A DNA stretch of 64,000 bases from a virus (lineage: Duplodnaviria > Caudoviricetes), in the IMG/VR virus record IMGVR_UViG_3300022305_000561. The stretch is one strand, 5' to 3'. The notes under the pieces are model-generated. The model did no database searches, was not told the DNA's origin, and saw only the letters and a program-made list of their open reading frames with translations. Positions 25,355 through 33,866 of this stretch are shown here, in pieces. The first letter of the stretch is position 1, and each line of letters opens with the position of its first letter. The translations under genes were made by a program, and so were the position numbers.

Positions 25355-26725
25355 TTTAATTTTGTTTGCTATCCAAATATCACAAACATCGTCATTTAAG
25401 GTTATATCTTTAGCAAACTTAACCTCGCCAGATGTCATTTTTATTTTTTCATTATTAGGCACTTTTATATCTATTCCTTTGAATGTAAATATTTTTCCAT
25501 CAAACTCATTCTCTGTTTCCTTTCTTATGTATTCCCTATCCTCAGTCTTGACTTCACCAGACACATAAAATATTTTTCTACCATCTTCAGCTCTATCAAC
25601 AATCATCTTATGTAGAATCTTACCGTGTTTAGCAACAAACTGAAACAGGACTAAAGTGTTACCATCTTGTTTCAAGGCAAGGTTAGTTATAAACTTATTC
25701 CTTCCTTCGTGGGATACAAGAAAGTCCATTTCATCTTGGTACTTCATACCTTTATATAACTTCCTAACTTCTTCTGGATATTTCAATAACAAACATTTAA
25801 TATCAAGTTGAACGACTCTATTTGAATCCATCAACTGTTTGGTAGTAATAACCCTATGAAGAGGTCCCATTATTCCTTCAAGTTGAAGTTGATTCACTTG
25901 TGAGTTATCTATTGTACCAGTAGTTCCAATTCTATACTTGACGTCAGTCATATTCTCAAACATAGAAGTGATTGAGGCACCCTTTGCTAAATGTGCTTCA
26001 TCACATATTACCGCATCAAATTGGTTGTAAAAGTCTTTACCAATACCATCTAATGCCCCACCTGCTTTGTTACGCCATGAACTCTGCCAAGTAGTAATAA
26101 GAACATTCAACGAGAAGTCTTTTGAAAGACCTGAGTACAATTTCTGACAGTTATCTTCTGTTGACCAATTATTACCAGTTGAATAATCATCAAAGTCCGC
26201 ATACAACTGCTCAACTAACGAAGTCGTTGGCACAATGATAAGAACTTTCATATTCTTCGCCAAGAACCATCTAATCAACGTATAGATAATCAAACTCTTA
26301 CCAGAAGCAGTAGGCGATAAGAGTACAGTCTTGCAAGTATTCAAAGATTTATGAATAGCGTCTATTTGATAATCCCTTATCTCAATAGGCGTTCCTTTTG
26401 AACAAGGATTAATTATCTTTGCAAATCCTTCTACTTGTGCAGAAGTAATACCCATATCATAGGATATATCGGTATCTATTTCTAATGTGTGATTATTCCT
26501 TTCTGCAAACTCTTTTACATAATCAATAAGACCAGAATACAACTTTTTAGTTTGAAGATTATATAAACGACTGAACCCGTCCCAAAGTCGAGCCTTAAAT
26601 TTCGGGGAGAACTTAGCTCCTGGAACTGGGAACTTAAAGAACTCTGATAATTCTTGTTCTGTAGATGGATCAGAGAATAATCTTATATGAACTTCATTCA
26701 TTTTTTCAACTTTGATTAATGTCAC
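25322..26725 (-). CDS. uvsW: UvsW helicase N-fragment with a 60-aa non-helicase tail
   Basis: RDYQ, SPTASGKS, IVPTTSLVEQ, DEAH, GTTGT, LVLFQF...HG; lacks motifs V/VI. Confidence 0.92.
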   Translation of the reverse strand: MTLIKVEKMNEVHIRLFSDPSTEQELSEFFKFPVPGAKFSPKFKARLWDGFSRLYNLQTKKLYSGLIDYVKEFAERNNHTLEIDTDISYDMGITSAQVEGFAKIINPCSKGTPIEIRDYQIDAIHKSLNTCKTVLLSPTASGKSLIIYTLIRWFLAKNMKVLIIVPTTSLVEQLYADFDDYSTGNNWSTEDNCQKLYSGLSKDFSLNVLITTWQSSWRNKAGGALDGIGKDFYNQFDAVICDEAHLAKGASITSMFENMTDVKYRIGTTGTIDNSQVNQLQLEGIMGPLHRVITTKQLMDSNRVVQLDIKCLLLKYPEEVRKLYKGMKYQDEMDFLVSHEGRNKFITNLALKQDGNTLVLFQFVAKHGKILHKMIVDRAEDGRKIFYVSGEVKTEDREYIRKETENEFDGKIFTFKGIDIKVPNNEKIKMTSGEVKFAKDITLNDDVCDIWIANKIKLSFVKQSQRS

Positions 26726-27166
26726 CTAACCACCAGCCAAGAATGCTTTGTATTGAATACAGTTTTTGATTGACCAAGTTCTGTCAGCAATAGATTTCAA
26801 GATTGATTCAAGCAGATAGATTGTTGCAGTGAGGTATTCAAGTTTCAAATCCATTGCGGTGATATGTTCATCACCCTTTAGAAACTCATCCATCTCATTT
26901 TTCAAGGGTTTGGTATACTGCCATTGTTCCCAACCAAGATCAAGAAGTTCTTGTCTGGATAGTTCACCACGGTAGTATCTAAACTTATTCTTTCTAAGGG
27001 TATTGTAATCAACCTTAGTTTTGCTGAATCGCAACTTAGTATTCATCAACAATGATATGTACTTAGCATGTAATTTAGAAGTCTTTACAGATTCATCATC
27101 AAGATGATTAGAGGAAATAATACAGTCCATATCCCATAGGTTTTGTATTTCATCAATTGTGGCCAT
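26726..27166 (-). CDS. uvsY: Recombination mediator UvsY
   Basis: LHAKY...YYRG...RTWSIKNCIQYKAFLAG; position next to uvsW. Confidence 0.88.
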   Translation of the reverse strand: MATIDEIQNLWDMDCIISSNHLDDESVKTSKLHAKYISLLMNTKLRFSKTKVDYNTLRKNKFRYYRGELSRQELLDLGWEQWQYTKPLKNEMDEFLKGDEHITAMDLKLEYLTATIYLLESILKSIADRTWSIKNCIQYKAFLAGG

Positions 27167-27180
27167 AATATTCTCACTTA

Positions 27181-27699
27181 TTATATAAATTTATAGTATG
27201 TATACTCGAATGTAGCGTTGCAAGTAATGTACTGAACATCGTTTGATGTAGTAATGAATGTGATAGCACCTAATGATGTTGGTATCAAATCAACAAATTG
27301 AACGGTTTGTACAGGCATATTATTAGATCCAAGAACCTCCAAGATACCATCTGAACTGTTTTTTGCTAAGTCAGATAGGAATGGAGTTTTATTACGATTC
27401 TGCCAACTTATGTATTGATCATATGCCTCAGGGAATCCTAATGCAACTAACCAGTCAGATATGGCTAGGTAGTTTGCCATATTTTCATCAACAATAAACT
27501 CTATGTTCAAGGTCTCATATGTTAATTGAACACCAGGAAGTTTGAGTTGAACGAATGGAGTTTCGTATACAACGTTAGGTAGATTGATTCCAGGAATGCT
27601 AACTTGTTGAGCGAAGTATGTTAGTTCTGGCAACTTTTTAATTGCGAACTGAAACCCATTTGGGGATAGAGGATTAAGATTTGCAGGAAGAGTAAACAT
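27181..27699 (-). CDS. 3: Tail completion / sheath stabiliser gp3
   Basis: NPLSPNGFQF..LP...YFAQQVSIPGI...FIVDENMANY...F.Y..Y. Confidence 0.85.
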   Translation of the reverse strand: MFTLPANLNPLSPNGFQFAIKKLPELTYFAQQVSIPGINLPNVVYETPFVQLKLPGVQLTYETLNIEFIVDENMANYLAISDWLVALGFPEAYDQYISWQNRNKTPFLSDLAKNSSDGILEVLGSNNMPVQTVQFVDLIPTSLGAITFITTSNDVQYITCNATFEYTYYKFI

Positions 27700-27714
27700 A
27701 GTGTATATCCTTAT

Positions 27715-28866
27715 TTAGATATTAGTATTTATAAGGGATTTGCTGGCTCTTGGTTTCATACCCTTTTTCCAAGATGGATTTGGCTCGTCTCCCTTTGGAA
27801 CATAGAAATTTGTAATACCATCATTATAAACAACAGCGTCTTTCCTTTGCTTTGTAGAGGCAGCAGTTTGTGCTGACCTATCTCTAGGGAGTTGTCCTTT
27901 TATCCACTCACCACCAGGATCCTGTTTGAACTTCTTCATAATAGATCCATTGTTATAAAAACTAGAACCAGTATTAACCTCAGCAGCCAATTTAGATCTT
28001 TTTACATTTTGGTTCTGTTTGTTTTCTGTATAAGGAACAATCAATCCAAGTTCTTGTATGACTGGGTCTGAAGTAGAAATGTATCCGTATTTGGTAACTC
28101 CATCAGGATAGTAGAAAGTGAACTTACCTTTCATTTTGGTAGATTGTTTTCCATTACCTTGTAATCTGATATATTCATAATCTTCAGGGGACTTGGGATT
28201 ATGCCAACCTTGATTAAGCAATTCTGTATATTCGTCTGATTGGATTTGTATTGTTTTAACTTGATCAAGTAAATATAGTTTAATAGTTCTACAATGATCT
28301 TTAGATCTAGCCATAAGTTCTTTAGATTCATCAGTCATAGTTAAACCAGCATTATTTCCAACTAAGTTCAACTCTTGTATAGTTGTGTCATCTTTATGTA
28401 AATAATATTTGGCTCCATTAGAATCTTTATAAGTAGCCATATTTGAATGTTCTAATGATCTTTGGATAGATGCATCTTCTCTAAGTTTTGATAAAGTTAG
28501 TCTAATATATTTTGTAGGTATTTTTCTATATGAAAGTTTATCGTTTGTAGATTCATTGAAATTAAATAACATACACTCTAATGCCCTTGATTGAGAACCG
28601 CCAAAAGTTTTCCATAGAATAACGTGAGCTATAATATGTTGATGTGCCGTTAGGTTAATAATATTCCAAGAAAAAAGTATTTTGTTAGTGTATTCTGGAA
28701 ATAAGTCTTTTGCTTTAGGATAGATATGATGTCCTTCAGTATAAACCCAATCTATATTATTTGAATTTTTTAATCTACACCCATCAATGAACTTTAGATA
28801 TCTATTGAGATAATGTGCATTGTGGGGTTTACTTGAAAGGATTGTATAAATATTATTGCTGGACAT
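27715..28866 (-). CDS. HNH-like homing endonuclease downstream of gene 23
   Basis: YTEGHHIYPKAKDLFPEY...NLTAHQHIIAH; YNNG/YNDG C-terminal repeats. Confidence 0.85.
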   Translation of the reverse strand: MSSNNIYTILSSKPHNAHYLNRYLKFIDGCRLKNSNNIDWVYTEGHHIYPKAKDLFPEYTNKILFSWNIINLTAHQHIIAHVILWKTFGGSQSRALECMLFNFNESTNDKLSYRKIPTKYIRLTLSKLREDASIQRSLEHSNMATYKDSNGAKYYLHKDDTTIQELNLVGNNAGLTMTDESKELMARSKDHCRTIKLYLLDQVKTIQIQSDEYTELLNQGWHNPKSPEDYEYIRLQGNGKQSTKMKGKFTFYYPDGVTKYGYISTSDPVIQELGLIVPYTENKQNQNVKRSKLAAEVNTGSSFYNNGSIMKKFKQDPGGEWIKGQLPRDRSAQTAASTKQRKDAVVYNDGITNFYVPKGDEPNPSWKKGMKPRASKSLINTNI

Positions 28867-28964
28867 AGTAGTTCCTTGTAATTACGATTAGAATGTTTAG
28901 AGTTAGTAGGTCTGACCACCGTGACTAACACCTATTACTATTTATACAAATCAAAAACTCACTC
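28857..28964 (-). promoter_or_regulatory. Endonuclease leader (late promoter + hairpin)
   Basis: TATAAATA at 28939-46; GTTAGT/ACTAAC stem 28902-28929; CTCTAAACATTC; ATGTCCAGCA. Confidence 0.8.
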
Positions 28965-28966
28965 AT

Positions 28967-28990
28967 AAAAAAAGGAGCCGAAGCTCCTTT
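28967..28990 (-). terminator. Terminator after the major capsid gene
   Basis: GGAGC-TTCG-GCTCC followed by a T tract. Confidence 0.85.
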
Positions 28991-29038
28991 AATCAGATAA
29001 TAAAGACTTAAATTAAAAAGTCTTTATAAATCAATGAC

Positions 29039-30397
29039 CTACATCAAGTTAGTAACAGCACATTTTCTGTAATATGTGTTGGCATTTAAGTACATGCCAT
29101 TTGCATCGATGTTAGTAGTAGAGTACGCTGCGAATGGGTTTGAAACTATACCATAACGAGTCTTAAAACCGATTTTAGGTTGGAAAGTGTTAGGATCTTG
29201 AGCACGAACCATTTGTAAAGGCACATATGGGCAGTAGAAAATACCAGCATCAAATGCAGAAGTACCTTTGTAACCAACTACGAAGTACTGAGCAGCAGAA
29301 CTGTTCATTGCATACGGATCAACATATACTTTGTATTTGCCGTTTAATACACCAGCAAAAGTAGTAGAAGTATCATCAACAGTCAAGTTGTTAGACAAAC
29401 CTGAAGAATAATCTAAAACGCCAGCCATTGCTAAAGCAGAAGCTACATCAGCAGAAGTGATGATGAAGTTACCACGTCCACGACGAGTACGTTGACCAAT
29501 TGCATTAGCTTCACGTTCGATTTGGAACATCAAGCCTTTGAATTTTTCAACTGACCAACGACCGTTAGAATCAACGTCTAAGTCAAAAGTACCAGCAGTA
29601 GCAGTACCTGCAACAGCACCAACTTCAGCAGACATATACACTCTACGAATTACTTCACGGTTGATTTCAGCAGTGATTTCTTGTGAAAGAATTGAACTCA
29701 ATTCAGCAGCAGCATCTAAGCCATGAACAGCTTTAAGATCTTGTGCTAATTCATCAGAATACTCAGCTTTCAATGCACGAGTTTGTGCAACAACAGAAGT
29801 TTTCTCAATTGAGAACGCCATTTCAGCCCAAGCAGCATTTGCTTCAGCAACAGCGGTAGCATTAGCAACACCAGTTGAACCAGTGTTTGCAGTACCGCTT
29901 AAAGTTTGTGCGATAGTTGAAACAGTAGTAACACTTTTAGTAGCATCGCCATCAAACAAGTTACCAGCACCAACGCCAGCACCTGAGAATGAAGTATCAG
30001 CTTCGTTAAATAATGCTTCAGCACCACCTTGAGTTGAGTAACGGCTCTTCATAGCGAAGATTAAACCAGTTGGTTGAGTCATTGGTTGAACACCGCAGAT
30101 ATCAAACGCAATCATTTGTGGCATAGCTCTACGAACTAAAGAGATTAAAACTGGGTCATAACCAGCAACGCCACCAGTAGTACCACCACCGATTGTACCG
30201 ATTTGGCTAGAACCAACACCATTAACTGGGCTAGTTTCGAATAAGTTGCCGCTTTGAGCAGATTCTCTCATAGCGATTTCTTGGTTTTCTAAAAGTACCG
30301 CAGTGATTTCTTTACGGTAATGATCAGTAATTTTTGGTAAAGCATCGTGTTCCAGGATTGGAGCCCATTTTGCCATTAAATCAGGACGAGTTGACAT
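29039..30397 (-). CDS. 23: Major capsid protein gp23
   Basis: KWAPIL, LLENQE, DPVLISLVRRAMP, GVQPMTQPTGLIFAM, RALKAEYS, FYCPYVPL, QPKIGFKTRYG. Confidence 0.98.
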   Translation of the reverse strand: MSTRPDLMAKWAPILEHDALPKITDHYRKEITAVLLENQEIAMRESAQSGNLFETSPVNGVGSSQIGTIGGGTTGGVAGYDPVLISLVRRAMPQMIAFDICGVQPMTQPTGLIFAMKSRYSTQGGAEALFNEADTSFSGAGVGAGNLFDGDATKSVTTVSTIAQTLSGTANTGSTGVANATAVAEANAAWAEMAFSIEKTSVVAQTRALKAEYSDELAQDLKAVHGLDAAAELSSILSQEITAEINREVIRRVYMSAEVGAVAGTATAGTFDLDVDSNGRWSVEKFKGLMFQIEREANAIGQRTRRGRGNFIITSADVASALAMAGVLDYSSGLSNNLTVDDTSTTFAGVLNGKYKVYVDPYAMNSSAAQYFVVGYKGTSAFDAGIFYCPYVPLQMVRAQDPNTFQPKIGFKTRYGIVSNPFAAYSTTNIDANGMYLNANTYYRKCAVTNLM

Positions 30398-30407
30398 TTT
30401 TATTTCC

Positions 30408-31517
30408 TTATTTGATTCTGTTGAATGTTTCCATATATCTAGCAACATTGCTATCCATATGTTTAATTTCTTCGTTTAGGTTTACAGGAGAATCAGTAAC
30501 TACTGAGTTCACTTGTGTTGATGGTTTCTTACCAAAATAATTCTCTTTGATAATTTGTAGTTTAGATGCAAAAGTATCAGCATCTTCATAGTTCAATTCT
30601 TCAGCAAGGGCAGTAAATTTTTCAACTTCTGTATCAGTCATTCCTGAACAGAAATCGTATGTTACCGATTCGCGAGCCATTTCGTTAAGTTCTTTAGTCA
30701 TTCCAACATTATGTGCCAAAGACTCATCAAGTTTAGATTCAAGAAATTCAACTTGCTCTTGTAGATCACCTACAACATCAAATCTTTCTTCTGGAACTTC
30801 AATATAATGTTCTTGGAACAAAGTCTTAAGACCTTCTACAAATCCTTCAAGAATGTCGGATTTCAAACCATTTTCAATTGCAATCTCATTATCACTCATC
30901 CACTGCTCGACTACGTAGCCAAGGTATCCATCAACTTTCTCAATAATTTCTTCTTTATCAATTTCAGCCTGTTCAGCTAAACTTGTTTCGAATGCTTCTT
31001 CAAGAGATGCTACTTCAGCATTAACTCTTGCCATAACTGCCGCTTCAAAAATAGTAGCAGCTTTTACTTTAAATTCTTCTGTTAAATCTTCACCGAAAAG
31101 TAAAGCATCAACGTCTTCTTGGACATCAATTGATTCTTTGGTTAGTTTATTAATAGCTTTACCAACATAAAGATGTGGATGAAATTGTTTTGCGTCTTCA
31201 CTTCCACCATGAATATTTTCTAAAGCAGCTTTTACTCTATTTTTTGGTCCACTAAAAGTATGAACATGTGCTCCATACTCTGTACCATGATACCGATGTT
31301 TAATGCCTTGTTCTTTTGCAATATCTTTCATATAGTTTTTAGAATCATCGTCAGAGTCGTGTACTTCATTAGATTCAACGTGTTGAATTTGTTTTGCTCT
31401 ATCTGTAACTCTAGATTCAGAAACTACTTCTTCTTCAGAAATAGTTTCAACTTCTTCCATTAATTTCAGTTTGGCAGATTCTTCAAGAAGCTCTGCGATT
31501 TTTTGTTCAATTGACAT
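30408..31517 (-). CDS. 22: Prohead core scaffold gp22 with an N-terminal inserted domain
   Basis: LTEEFKVKAATIFEAAV, KVDGYLGYVVEQW..DN, F..GLK.LF.EHYI.VP. Confidence 0.93.
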   Translation of the reverse strand: MSIEQKIAELLEESAKLKLMEEVETISEEEVVSESRVTDRAKQIQHVESNEVHDSDDDSKNYMKDIAKEQGIKHRYHGTEYGAHVHTFSGPKNRVKAALENIHGGSEDAKQFHPHLYVGKAINKLTKESIDVQEDVDALLFGEDLTEEFKVKAATIFEAAVMARVNAEVASLEEAFETSLAEQAEIDKEEIIEKVDGYLGYVVEQWMSDNEIAIENGLKSDILEGFVEGLKTLFQEHYIEVPEERFDVVGDLQEQVEFLESKLDESLAHNVGMTKELNEMARESVTYDFCSGMTDTEVEKFTALAEELNYEDADTFASKLQIIKENYFGKKPSTQVNSVVTDSPVNLNEEIKHMDSNVARYMETFNRIK

Positions 31518-31547
31518 ATTTTTTGCTCCGTTAATTTTTATTAGTAT

Positions 31548-31555
31548 TATTTATA
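31548..31555 (-). promoter_or_regulatory. T4-type late promoter TATAAATA (others at 27726, 35376, 37968, 42229)
   Basis: Exact gp55 consensus upstream of structural genes. Confidence 0.8.
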
Positions 31556-31557
31556 AG

Positions 31558-32199
31558 TTATTTCAGATTAGTCAAAAAGTGCTTAAAATAACCTAATTGA
31601 GATTCAGTTATCGCCTTTACATTCTTGTTACGTAATTCTTGTTGAATCTGTTCTGCCAATACCCAAGAGTTAGAAGTAGCATTGAAAATCCATTCTGCAC
31701 CTTCCATAATACCGTTTACCCAGCAATCAATACCAGATGGCTCATGGACAATATCCACAGTTGCAAGTCTAAAGTCCTTTTGAACTTCGTTTACAGAACC
31801 TCTTTGTAATACAGAACCCATTCCTCTTGAAGATACACCAAGTTTCACGCCTTCTTCAAGAAAGTTTCTTGCAATATTACCCATAGGAGTATCAAGTATC
31901 TTTGCTTTTCCAACAATATCATTACCTTCAAACCTCAAGGCAGTAATAAGATGGGATACTTTATCTAGGTTCAGAGAAGGTGACTCGGGATGACCCAACT
32001 CACCAAGTGCTCTCTTTTCATTGATGGCAGTTTGATACTTGTTTAGTTCAGATTCAAGCACACCTTTAGGGTAGATTCTACCGTTACGGTTTGCTTTCTC
32101 TGCTTGCATAAAGACACCACTGATATAGTGAGACTTCTTGCCTTCAACTGCTTCAGTGATGTATTCCACATCCATTATTTGTTCTGTAATTAGTTTCAT
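31558..32199 (-). CDS. 21: Prohead protease gp21
   Basis: NRNGRIYP, ALGELGHP, LGVSSRGMGS, VDIVHEPS. Confidence 0.96.
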   Translation of the reverse strand: MKLITEQIMDVEYITEAVEGKKSHYISGVFMQAEKANRNGRIYPKGVLESELNKYQTAINEKRALGELGHPESPSLNLDKVSHLITALRFEGNDIVGKAKILDTPMGNIARNFLEEGVKLGVSSRGMGSVLQRGSVNEVQKDFRLATVDIVHEPSGIDCWVNGIMEGAEWIFNATSNSWVLAEQIQQELRNKNVKAITESQLGYFKHFLTNLK

Positions 32200-32207
32200 A
32201 TTAATCC

Positions 32208-32612
32208 TTATGAACTAGCAGCAGTTAAGTAATCTGTATTTTTATATCCAGAAACTTTTCTTAGTCTAATCCAGCATTCAGATTGACCACCAGAAATAGT
32301 AACTACAATATTGCTAGTGTTTTCTGTTGAATCTGGGGGAAATAGTTGACCACCAAAATCTAAGAACCCAGAGGCTCCGGCATTTAGAGTCATTACAACC
32401 ACACTATTTCTAGTAATGGTAATAACACCTGCAACAGCACCAGTCCAAGTAACTGCAGCAATATTTACAGTAGGAGTTCCACCTTCTAGAAGGGACTCAT
32501 TAGTTGCAAGTAAGTCAGTAGCAAGATTTATTGTTTCAGCTGCAGCAGTTCCTGCAACTTTTACAAGTGCTTCTCCGTACGTCTTTTTGAATATAGTTTT
32601 AACTGTTGCCAT
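32208..32612 (-). CDS. Conserved head-cluster hypothetical protein
   Basis: ORF between portal and protease; C-terminal LRKVSGY. Confidence 0.6.
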   Translation of the reverse strand: MATVKTIFKKTYGEALVKVAGTAAAETINLATDLLATNESLLEGGTPTVNIAAVTWTGAVAGVITITRNSVVVMTLNAGASGFLDFGGQLFPPDSTENTSNIVVTISGGQSECWIRLRKVSGYKNTDYLTAASS

Positions 32613-32621
32613 ACATCTTCC

Positions 32622-32933
32622 TTAAATTATTAGTTGAATGATGTTAAAGAAGTTTTCTTTGCTTTCATTCATATACTCTACTACATTGTATTTATTAGAA
32701 AATAAATCTTGTAATTTATTTCTTGTATGGGTATTTATAGAAACGATAGATTCGTCTTCTAACATATAGTTTATCTTGTTATGCAAAGAAGATGGATTAG
32801 GTCTAAGGTCAATAACCACAGGGTCTATACTAAATCTATCTGATTCAATAAGAGCAGAATACTGCTCTACAAGAATAGAAGGAACAGAATCAAGTTGATA
32901 ATGTTCCAGGATAGAATCTTCTATTTTAGTCAT
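32622..32933 (-). CDS. Hypothetical protein (prohead core region)
   Basis: ORF in the head cluster. Confidence 0.55.
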   Translation of the reverse strand: MTKIEDSILEHYQLDSVPSILVEQYSALIESDRFSIDPVVIDLRPNPSSLHNKINYMLEDESIVSINTHTRNKLQDLFSNKYNVVEYMNESKENFFNIIQLII

Positions 32934-33858
32934 CTAACTCAACTTCTTCTTTTAAATGACCAGCTTCTGCTGCTTGTTTGTAAATTTTACGAGCGGAAGT
33001 AAATCCAGTGATTTTAGAGATAGGATACTTAGCGTGATGTTCTGGTTTAATTATATCTTTGATTTGTGATTTAGCTTTAGTAACTTCTTCTGTTGAAGAT
33101 ACTTTAGCATCACCAGATGTTCCCGCAGATTTGGCAAAAGCAAGTTTTCTACCAGCTTCTCTTTTTTCGCCTGGCTCATCAAAAGATTTTTTTCTATAAG
33201 AATCTAAAGTTCCTTGAGACACTTCTTCTAATTCAACTTCTTCTTTAGTAAGTTTAGTAACAGCTTTAGCAATACCTTTATTTCTTTTGTATGCTGTAAC
33301 ATAATCTTTATCTCCAGAATCACCTTCACCAGCAGCTAACTTAAACCCAGCTTCACCAGATTTTGACATAATATCGTCAGAAGCTTTCTTTACATAAGAA
33401 CCTAGAGTTTTCTTTGATAACTCATCCAACTGTTCGAACTCTTCAGACATCATAAAGTCTTCAATTTCTTCAACTGAATAATCTTCAAGAGCAAAGTCTT
33501 CGCTCAATGCTTTCTTTTCGCCTTCCTTTGTACCAAACATCAAAGCGTGATGAGTGACCTTTCCACCTGATTTTTTAATTTGATTGTGAAGACGATTAGC
33601 ATCTTGATGAGTAAATACGATTTGATTGCCTGTTTTACCAGCTTTGTCAGTATGATAAACTTTAATGCCTGTTGGATCTTGTTCTTCATCCAGAATTTCA
33701 ACACTTTCTTTAGTGAACATAGATTGAGCCATTGATGTTCTTTTGGATTCCATTGCTATTGAAATCTTATCTGTAATAGCTTGTTGAAATGCAGATTCAA
33801 TATCAGTAGCTCTACCTGAAATGATTGCATCGACTAGGTTTAATGTATAATCTGTCAT
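32926..33858 (-). CDS. gp67-like prohead core protein extended with internal-protein-like modules
   Basis: N-terminal LVDAIISG...F...I..KI...M..KR..MA..MF; many L/V-x-E sites; ELSKKTLGSYVKKA module. Confidence 0.65.
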   Translation of the reverse strand: MTDYTLNLVDAIISGRATDIESAFQQAITDKISIAMESKRTSMAQSMFTKESVEILDEEQDPTGIKVYHTDKAGKTGNQIVFTHQDANRLHNQIKKSGGKVTHHALMFGTKEGEKKALSEDFALEDYSVEEIEDFMMSEEFEQLDELSKKTLGSYVKKASDDIMSKSGEAGFKLAAGEGDSGDKDYVTAYKRNKGIAKAVTKLTKEEVELEEVSQGTLDSYRKKSFDEPGEKREAGRKLAFAKSAGTSGDAKVSSTEEVTKAKSQIKDIIKPEHHAKYPISKITGFTSARKIYKQAAEAGHLKEEVELDD

Positions 33859-33866
33859 CTTAATTC

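Noticed and set aside
24215-25504. Group I intron interrupting uvsW
   Set aside because: The interval is filled by the HNH ORF, its leader and the zinc-finger gene. No P/Q/R/S core is recognisable, and the C-fragment has its own coupled ATG.
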